NCBI GenBank assembly: GCA_963709345.1
Contig: CAVPVX010000001.1
Location: forward strand, 224,001-288,000
Direction: 5' to 3'
Origin: an uncultured Actinomycetes bacterium
Lineage (GTDB): Bacteria > Actinomycetota > Thermoleophilia > UBA2241
DNA: 64,000 nt
This document shows positions 58,375-64,000 of the stretch, piece by piece. The translations under genes and the position numbers were made by a program. Position 1 is the first letter of the stretch, and every line of letters starts with the position of its first letter. A model generated the notes under the pieces. That model was not told the origin of the DNA and did no database searches. It was given only the letters and a program-made list of their open reading frames with translations.

Positions 58375-58472
58375 CGGAGTCCGTTGGGGAGTAGTCGGCT
58401 CGCGGGCAGCGAGTGGCGCGGTCGTCATCACGGGCCTCGGCCCCGGTCGCGCCGGCAAACGGCGAGACCTTC
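58375..58472 (+). ncRNA. yybP-ykoY manganese riboswitch
   Basis: GGGGAGTAG ... CGTCATCACG ... GGCGAGACC motifs upstream of a TerC gene. Confidence 0.85.
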
Positions 58473-58503
58473 GGCACGCAAGCGTGCCGGGGGTCCTTTT
58501 TTT
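58466..58503 (+). terminator. Intrinsic terminator (riboswitch expression platform)
   Basis: GACCTTCGGCACGC-AA-GCGTGCCGGGGGTC followed by T7; overlaps the aptamer 3' end. Confidence 0.8.
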
Positions 58504-58543
58504 CGGCCGGCGCGAAGGGAGTCATGATGAGGAGCGCAGACCG

Positions 58544-59524
58544 ATGAGCGGAGGCGAGCTCACGCACTGGGTCATCTTCTTCTGCATCGTCGCGGTGGCG
58601 CTCGGCATCGACCTCGGCTTCGTCGGCCGCAAAGGCAAAGTCATCAGTACGCGCACCGCGTATGCCTGGAGCGCCGTGTGGATCTCCCTCGGCCTCAGTC
58701 TCTCGCTGCTCGTCTGGCTCTGGTACGGCGGCGAGGCGGCGCAACAGTACCTCGCCGGCTACCTCATCGAAGAGTCGCTCAGTATCGACAACCTCTTCGT
58801 CTTCCTCCTCGTCTTCGGCTCTCTCGGGATCGCGCTGCGCTATCAACGCAAGGTCCTGTTCTGGGGCATCCTCGGCGCCATCGTCATGCGCGGCACGTTC
58901 ATCGTCGCCGGCGTCGAGCTCATCGAGCGCTTCCACTGGATCATCTACATCTTCGGAGCGCTGCTCGTGTTCACCGCCTACCGGCTGATCCGTTCCCATG
59001 GGGTCAAGGTGGAAACGGAGAACAACCCCATGGTCCGCCTGGCACGCCGCGTCTTTCCCGTGGACGTCGAGTACCGGGGCAAGCGCTTCGTCGTGCGCCG
59101 GGGCGGCAAGCTTTTCGTCACGTCCCTGGCGATCGCGCTCGTGGCGATCGAGTCGGCCGACCTCGTCTTCGCCATCGACTCGGTGCCGGCGGTGCTCGCC
59201 ATCTCCAACATCACGTTCGTGGTGTTCACCAGCAACATCGCCGCCGTCCTCGGGCTGCGCTCCCTCTACTTCGCGCTCGCCGGCACCCTCCAGCGTTTCG
59301 AGTACCTGAGCTACGGGCTCGCCGCCGTCCTCGGCTTCGTTGGTGTCAAGATGCTCGTCAGTGACCTGGTGCACGTACCGATCGTCGCTTCACTGGGCTT
59401 CATCGTCTTCGCCGTCGGCTCTTCGGTGCTGGTCTCGCTCTTGCTCACGCGCGGCGTCGAGCCGGACGCCGCCGTGCTCGAGGCGGCAGCCCACACCGAC
59501 GGCGTCGGCAGCGACGAGGACTGA
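58544..59524 (+). CDS. TerC/Alx family Mn2+-associated membrane protein
   Basis: 'E.SLSIDNLFVF', 'DLVFAIDSVPA', 'FTSNI.A.LGLRSLYF'. Confidence 0.92.
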   Translation: MSGGELTHWVIFFCIVAVALGIDLGFVGRKGKVISTRTAYAWSAVWISLGLSLSLLVWLWYGGEAAQQYLAGYLIEESLSIDNLFVFLLVFGSLGIALRYQRKVLFWGILGAIVMRGTFIVAGVELIERFHWIIYIFGALLVFTAYRLIRSHGVKVETENNPMVRLARRVFPVDVEYRGKRFVVRRGGKLFVTSLAIALVAIESADLVFAIDSVPAVLAISNITFVVFTSNIAAVLGLRSLYFALAGTLQRFEYLSYGLAAVLGFVGVKMLVSDLVHVPIVASLGFIVFAVGSSVLVSLLLTRGVEPDAAVLEAAAHTDGVGSDED

Positions 59525-59587
59525 AGGCGCCGGGCCGCAGGGGCCTGCGGCGAGCGCGACGGTCGGGCGGTCCAACGGCACCAAGTG

Positions 59588-59642
59588 TTGATTGGATGGG
59601 CTCTCCCGGATATCATATGAATATCTGCTCAGATGTTCATAT
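59588..59642 (+). promoter_or_regulatory. Promoter and ArsR/SmtB 12-2-12 operator
   Basis: TTGATT-N17-TATCAT; TATGAATATCTG-CT-CAGATGTTCATA palindrome. Confidence 0.8.
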
Positions 59643-59654
59643 AAAGGATGAGCC

Positions 59655-60119
59655 ATGCGCCCGGCGAGTGACGCTTCACAGCACGTGATCTGCGGCAAAG
59701 GCGATGAGGGTCTTGACCGCTGCGACACCTTCGTCGTCGACCCGGAGCACGTTCGCGCCGTGCGCGAGCGGCTCGTGCCGGCCGCCACGGCGGAGCGCAT
59801 GGCGGCGACCTTCAAGGTCCTCGCCGACCCGAGCCGGTGCCGTCTGATCGCGGCCGTCATCGAGGCCGGCGAGCTCTGCGTGTGCGATCTCGCCGCGACC
59901 GTCGAGATGAGCGAGAGCAACGTGAGCCACCACCTCAGGGTGCTCCGCGACCACGACCTCGTGCGCGCCCGGCGCGCCGGCAAGATGGTCTTCTACTCGC
60001 CCGACGACGCGCACATCCCTCTCCTGCTCGAACTCACGCGCGAGCACGTCGAGCACGGGCCGGCCACCGCCGGCGAGCCGGGCCGCCCGGATGCCGCATC
60101 GCCTCGAGGACCGGCATGA
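59655..60119 (+). CDS. ArsR/SmtB (CadC-like) metalloregulator
   Basis: 'FKVLADP.R', 'ELCVCDLA', 'SNVSHHLR', 'D.H...EH'; N-terminal Cys residues. Confidence 0.92.
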   Translation: MRPASDASQHVICGKGDEGLDRCDTFVVDPEHVRAVRERLVPAATAERMAATFKVLADPSRCRLIAAVIEAGELCVCDLAATVEMSESNVSHHLRVLRDHDLVRARRAGKMVFYSPDDAHIPLLLELTREHVEHGPATAGEPGRPDAASPRGPA

Positions 60120-62638
60120 CCGAGCGCACCCTCGAGCTCGCGCTGCTCCTCCCTCGCCAAGCCGAGTGCGGCGGGTGCGTGAGCGAGCTCGGTCGCGAGC
60201 TGGGGCGCCTCGAGGGCATCCACGGCGCCGAGGCCGATGTTCCCCGCGGCCTGCTCACCGTGCGCTTCGACGAGCAGGTCCTGGCGCCGGCCGACATCGA
60301 GGTATTCGCCCACCGCGCCGGGGCTCAAGCGCACTGCGAAGCCCACTGCCCGCTCGGCACGCACCGGCACGCTACGCTCGACCTCAGCCGGCCCCTGCCC
60401 GGCGAAGCCGGCGCCGACGAACGCCGGCTGCTGCACGTCACCGGCATGGACTGCGCCGACTGCGCGGTCAAGCTTCAGAACGCCCTTCGCAAGGAACGAG
60501 GGGTGCGCGGCGCCGACGTCAGCTTCGGCGCCGCCACCCTGGCCGTCACCGTCGACCCGGACCAGACCGACATCACTCGCGTCTTTCGCGCCGTCCGCCG
60601 CCTCGGGTATGACACCGTCGAGCGCAAAGGGCAGGCGTCGGCGACGAAGCGCGCACCAGACGCCGGCCGGCGCGACAGCGTCGGGCGTGGAGGATCCGCG
60701 ACCGTTGCCATCGCAGGCGCCGGCGCTTCCGCCGCCACTGATGCCGCAGACCGGACCCACCGAGAGGGACGCGGCTTCTGGCTGGCCGATCGCCGTGCCC
60801 TGCTCACGCTCGTATCCGGAGCGCTGGCCGTCGCCGGCTTCGCCTCTCTCGCGCTCGCGCCGGCGACGGCCGACTGGCTCTTCGCCCTGGCCGTTGTGAG
60901 CGGCGGCCTGTTCGTGGCCCGCGCCGCCTTCTTCAGCCTGCGCGCCCGGCAGGTCGACATGAACGTGCTGATGATCCTGGCAATAATCGGGGCCGGGGCC
61001 ATCGGCGAGTGGTCCGAGGCGGCGCTGGTCGCCTTCCTCTTCAGCTTCGGAACCGCTCTGCAGGTTGCGACTCTGGAGCGTACGCGACGCGCGATCAGCG
61101 GTCTGATGAACCTGACGCCGCCCGTGGCGACGGTGCTGCGTCCGGTTGGACTGGGCCCTCCGAGCGAACAAGCCGTGCCGGTCGCCGACATCGCTCCGGG
61201 CGACCTGGTGCTCGTCCGTCCGGGCGAGCGCTCCGCCGTCGACGGCGTCGTGACGCACGGCACGGCGGCGGCCGACCAGGCTTCCCTCACCGGGGAGTCT
61301 CTGCCGGTGGCGAAGGCGCCGGGGGACCAGGTCTTCGCCGGCTCGATCATCGAAGGCGGCGCGCTGACCGTCCGCGCCACCGCGGGTGCGAGCGACACGA
61401 CCATCGCCCGGATCGTGCACATGGTCGAGGAGGCGCAGGCCCGGCGCGCGCCCACGCAGACCATCGTCGACCGGTTCGCAAGCAGGTACACACCGGTCGT
61501 GGTCGCGCTCGCGGCGGTCGTCGCCTTCGTCCCACCGCTTCTGGGCGCATCCTTCGACACCTGGTTCTACCGCGGGCTCGCGCTCCTCATCATCAGCTGC
61601 CCGTGCGCGCTCGTGATCTCCACCCCGGTGAGCGTCCTGGCGGCGCTGGCGCGCGCGACGCGAAGCGGGGTCCTGATCAAGGGCGGCGTGTACCTGGAGC
61701 AGATGGCCGGGATCAAGGCGATCGCTTTCGACAAGACCGGCACGCTCACCGAAGGCCGCCCCCGGGTGACCGACGTCCAGACCTTCGGCGACACCACCGA
61801 GGTCGAACTCCTCAGCATAGCGGCCGCGCTGGAGCGCTACAGCGAACACGCTCTGGCGAGGGCGATCGTCGAGCGCTCGCAGGCAGGCCCAGACCTCGGC
61901 ATCCAGCGCTTCCGCGCCATCGCCGGCATGGGCGTGCGCGCCGAGCTGGACGGCCGGGTCCACTACGTGGGCCGGCCCGGGCTCCTCGGCGCCCACGGCT
62001 CCGATCCAGCGCTCCTCCGCACGATCGCCGGACTCGAGCGCCAGGGCAAGACGACGGTGGTGGTCGGAGACGCCTCCGGCGCCATCGGCGTGATCGCCGT
62101 CAGCGATCCCCTGCGAGCGGGCGCCGCAGAGGCCGTCGCCGAACTGAGGCGCCTCGGCGTGAGCGAGGTGGCGATGCTCACCGGCGACAACGCCAAGACG
62201 GCGGAGGCGGTGGCCGCACGTGCCGGCATCACCGACGTGCGCGCGGGCCTCCTGCCCGCAGACAAGGTGACGGTGATCTCCGAGCTGCGCGACCGCGCCG
62301 GCGCGGTCGCGATGGTAGGCGACGGCGTCAACGACGCTCCAGCGCTGGCAGCCGCGTCCCTCGGCCTCGCCATGGGAGCGGCCGGCACCGACGCAGCCCT
62401 CGAGACAGCGGACATCGCCCTGATGGGAGACGACCTGGGCGCCGTGCCCGCCACCGTCCGCCTCGCACGGCGGACCACCCGCGTGATCTGGCAGAACATC
62501 GTGTTCTCGATCGCCGTCAAGGCGGTCTTCCTCGTCTTGGCGCCCCTCGGCCTGGTGAGCCTCTGGCTCGCCGTGTTCGCGGACATGGGGACATCTCTGC
62601 TCGTCACCGCCAACGGCGTGCGCCTCTATCGCCGCTGA
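60116..62638 (+). CDS. P1B-2 heavy-metal (Zn/Cd/Pb) translocating P-type ATPase
   Basis: Two HMA domains (CGGC, GMDCADC), 'TGES', 'CPC', 'DKTGT', 'GDGVND', TM Lys and 'ADMG'. Confidence 0.93.
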   Translation: MTERTLELALLLPRQAECGGCVSELGRELGRLEGIHGAEADVPRGLLTVRFDEQVLAPADIEVFAHRAGAQAHCEAHCPLGTHRHATLDLSRPLPGEAGADERRLLHVTGMDCADCAVKLQNALRKERGVRGADVSFGAATLAVTVDPDQTDITRVFRAVRRLGYDTVERKGQASATKRAPDAGRRDSVGRGGSATVAIAGAGASAATDAADRTHREGRGFWLADRRALLTLVSGALAVAGFASLALAPATADWLFALAVVSGGLFVARAAFFSLRARQVDMNVLMILAIIGAGAIGEWSEAALVAFLFSFGTALQVATLERTRRAISGLMNLTPPVATVLRPVGLGPPSEQAVPVADIAPGDLVLVRPGERSAVDGVVTHGTAAADQASLTGESLPVAKAPGDQVFAGSIIEGGALTVRATAGASDTTIARIVHMVEEAQARRAPTQTIVDRFASRYTPVVVALAAVVAFVPPLLGASFDTWFYRGLALLIISCPCALVISTPVSVLAALARATRSGVLIKGGVYLEQMAGIKAIAFDKTGTLTEGRPRVTDVQTFGDTTEVELLSIAAALERYSEHALARAIVERSQAGPDLGIQRFRAIAGMGVRAELDGRVHYVGRPGLLGAHGSDPALLRTIAGLERQGKTTVVVGDASGAIGVIAVSDPLRAGAAEAVAELRRLGVSEVAMLTGDNAKTAEAVAARAGITDVRAGLLPADKVTVISELRDRAGAVAMVGDGVNDAPALAAASLGLAMGAAGTDAALETADIALMGDDLGAVPATVRLARRTTRVIWQNIVFSIAVKAVFLVLAPLGLVSLWLAVFADMGTSLLVTANGVRLYRR

Positions 62639-62930
62639 CCGGTCCCGCCTGACTCGCCCCGTTCGCTCCTCCCTGCGTGAGTAGGGTCCAGTACCCCTTT
62701 GCCTTGGGCCCCAAAGAGCACATGATGGGGGGGGTGTGCCCGAGGAAAGGGTCAGCCGCATGTGCGGTCCCTGTTACCTGCGTGCAGAGCTCGGCACTTC
62801 ACACGTCGACGTCATCACGACGTGCGCGGTCGACGACGCCCTTGGACCGCCGCGCATGGCCGGCTCTCATCCGCGAACCGGAGTGGCAAGCGGACCGTCC
62901 GGTCCGAATCCCGGACTCGGGGCGTGACCC

Positions 62931-64000
62931 GTGCCCACCACCCCCGACACCCTGGAAGCGGCGATCACGCGCCTGGCCATCCACGACCACCTCTGTCTCA
63001 TCTACGAATCCCGGGCCGAGCAGTTCGCGGCCGTCATCCCCTTCATCAGCTGTGGCCTCGACGCCGGACAACGTTGCGTCTACATCGCCGACGACAACAC
63101 CGCCGGCGACGTCATTGTCGCCCTGCGGGACTCCGGCATCGATACGGATGCGGTGATGACAAGCGGCGCCTTGCGGATCCTCACCAAGCGGGAGTCGTAT
63201 CTGCGCAGCGAACGCTTCGACCCGGACGAAATGATCGCCTTCCTCGGCACCGCGGAAGACGAGGCGAGAACCGACGGCTTCGTCGCCCTGCGCGTCACCG
63301 GAGAGATGACCTGGGTGCTCGATGGGGAGCCGGGCACCGAGCGTCTCTTCGAGTGCGAGGCGAAGCTCAACCGATTCCTCCCCGATCACGACGTGCTGGT
63401 GATCTGCCAGTACGACCGCCGACGCTTCGCGGCGGGAGTGATCCTCGACGTAATCCGCACCCATCCGGTCGTCATCGCCGGCGACACGTTGTGCGACAAC
63501 ATCTACTACGTCCCCCCAGATGGATTCCTGCGGGGCGGTGATTCCGGCCTGGAGGTCGACCGGATGCTGGCCGCCTTGCGGGAGATGCGATCGTCACAAC
63601 GGGCCCTCGAACGCGGGTCGAAGGCGTGGTCGACCACGTTCGACGCGATGAACGATGCCGTCTGCCTGCTTGCTCGCGACGGCACGGTGATACGCGGCAA
63701 CAGCGCCATGGCCGCTCTGGTCGGCCGCACCGCGGACGAGATCGTCGGCGCCAGGTGCCATGAACTGGTTCACGGATCGCACTCCTTCGACGAAAGCTGC
63801 CCGTTCCAGAAGATGCTGCGCACCGGCGAGTGCGAGAGCTTCGAGATGTCACTCGGTGAGCGCTGGTTCCAGGTCACCGCCGACCCGCTCTTCGGCGACG
63901 CCGAAGAGATCGTCGGCGCCGTGCACATCCTCCGCGACATCAGCGAGCGCAAGGAGGCGGAGCGCGCCTTGGCGGCGGAGACGCACAGCCTGAGCCTGAT
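62931..64000 (+). CDS. MEDS-domain + PAS signal transduction protein (3'-partial)
   Basis: Not in the ORF track because it has no stop in the window; 'DHLCLIYE', 'RVTGEMTW', 'ICQYD', 'RTHP' (MEDS), then PAS 'TFDAM.D', 'CHELVHG..CPF', 'RDISERK'. Confidence 0.88.
   Translation, partial: MPTTPDTLEAAITRLAIHDHLCLIYESRAEQFAAVIPFISCGLDAGQRCVYIADDNTAGDVIVALRDSGIDTDAVMTSGALRILTKRESYLRSERFDPDEMIAFLGTAEDEARTDGFVALRVTGEMTWVLDGEPGTERLFECEAKLNRFLPDHDVLVICQYDRRRFAAGVILDVIRTHPVVIAGDTLCDNIYYVPPDGFLRGGDSGLEVDRMLAALREMRSSQRALERGSKAWSTTFDAMNDAVCLLARDGTVIRGNSAMAALVGRTADEIVGARCHELVHGSHSFDESCPFQKMLRTGECESFEMSLGERWFQVTADPLFGDAEEIVGAVHILRDISERKEAERALAAETHSLSL

Overview
High-GC (~70%) bacterial chromosomal window; gene content and widespread leaderless promoters suggest an actinobacterium, possibly Thermoleophilia-like (inference). 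1-18.6 kb: Wzx/Wzy-type surface-polysaccharide cluster with four GT4 enzymes and an unusually large tailoring set (three ATP-grasp ligases, two deacetylases, two left-handed beta-helix acyltransferases). 18.6-38.7 kb: nitrilase plus a degenerate agmatinase, a sigma28-type-promoted REC-GGDEF*-EAL protein, stand-alone trpB2 with an unannotated Trp-rich leader peptide, a deletion scar (PucR/flavodoxin remnants), a two-component + XdhC/MocA-HD/HAD operon, a degenerate M28-like membrane protein, a YtxH repeat protein, rarA/HNH and an orphan peptide SBP. 38.7-46.4 kb: rmlACDB and three cell-wall enzymes (L,D-transpeptidase, SLH-NlpC/P60, SpoIID with a structured 5' region). 46.4-54 kb: phoP-phoR-pstSCAB-phoU with 11-nt PHO-box repeats. 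54-64 kb: D-amino acid dehydrogenase, HAD, a PLP trans-sulfuration enzyme, a SHOCT protein, yybP-ykoY riboswitch + TerC, ArsR/SmtB + P1B ATPase, and a partial MEDS-PAS sensor. Several single-base indels (M28, rmlD, spoIID, phoU) look like assembly errors. No CRISPR array, rRNA, tRNA or transposase was seen. All family calls come from motif recognition by eye, not database searches.
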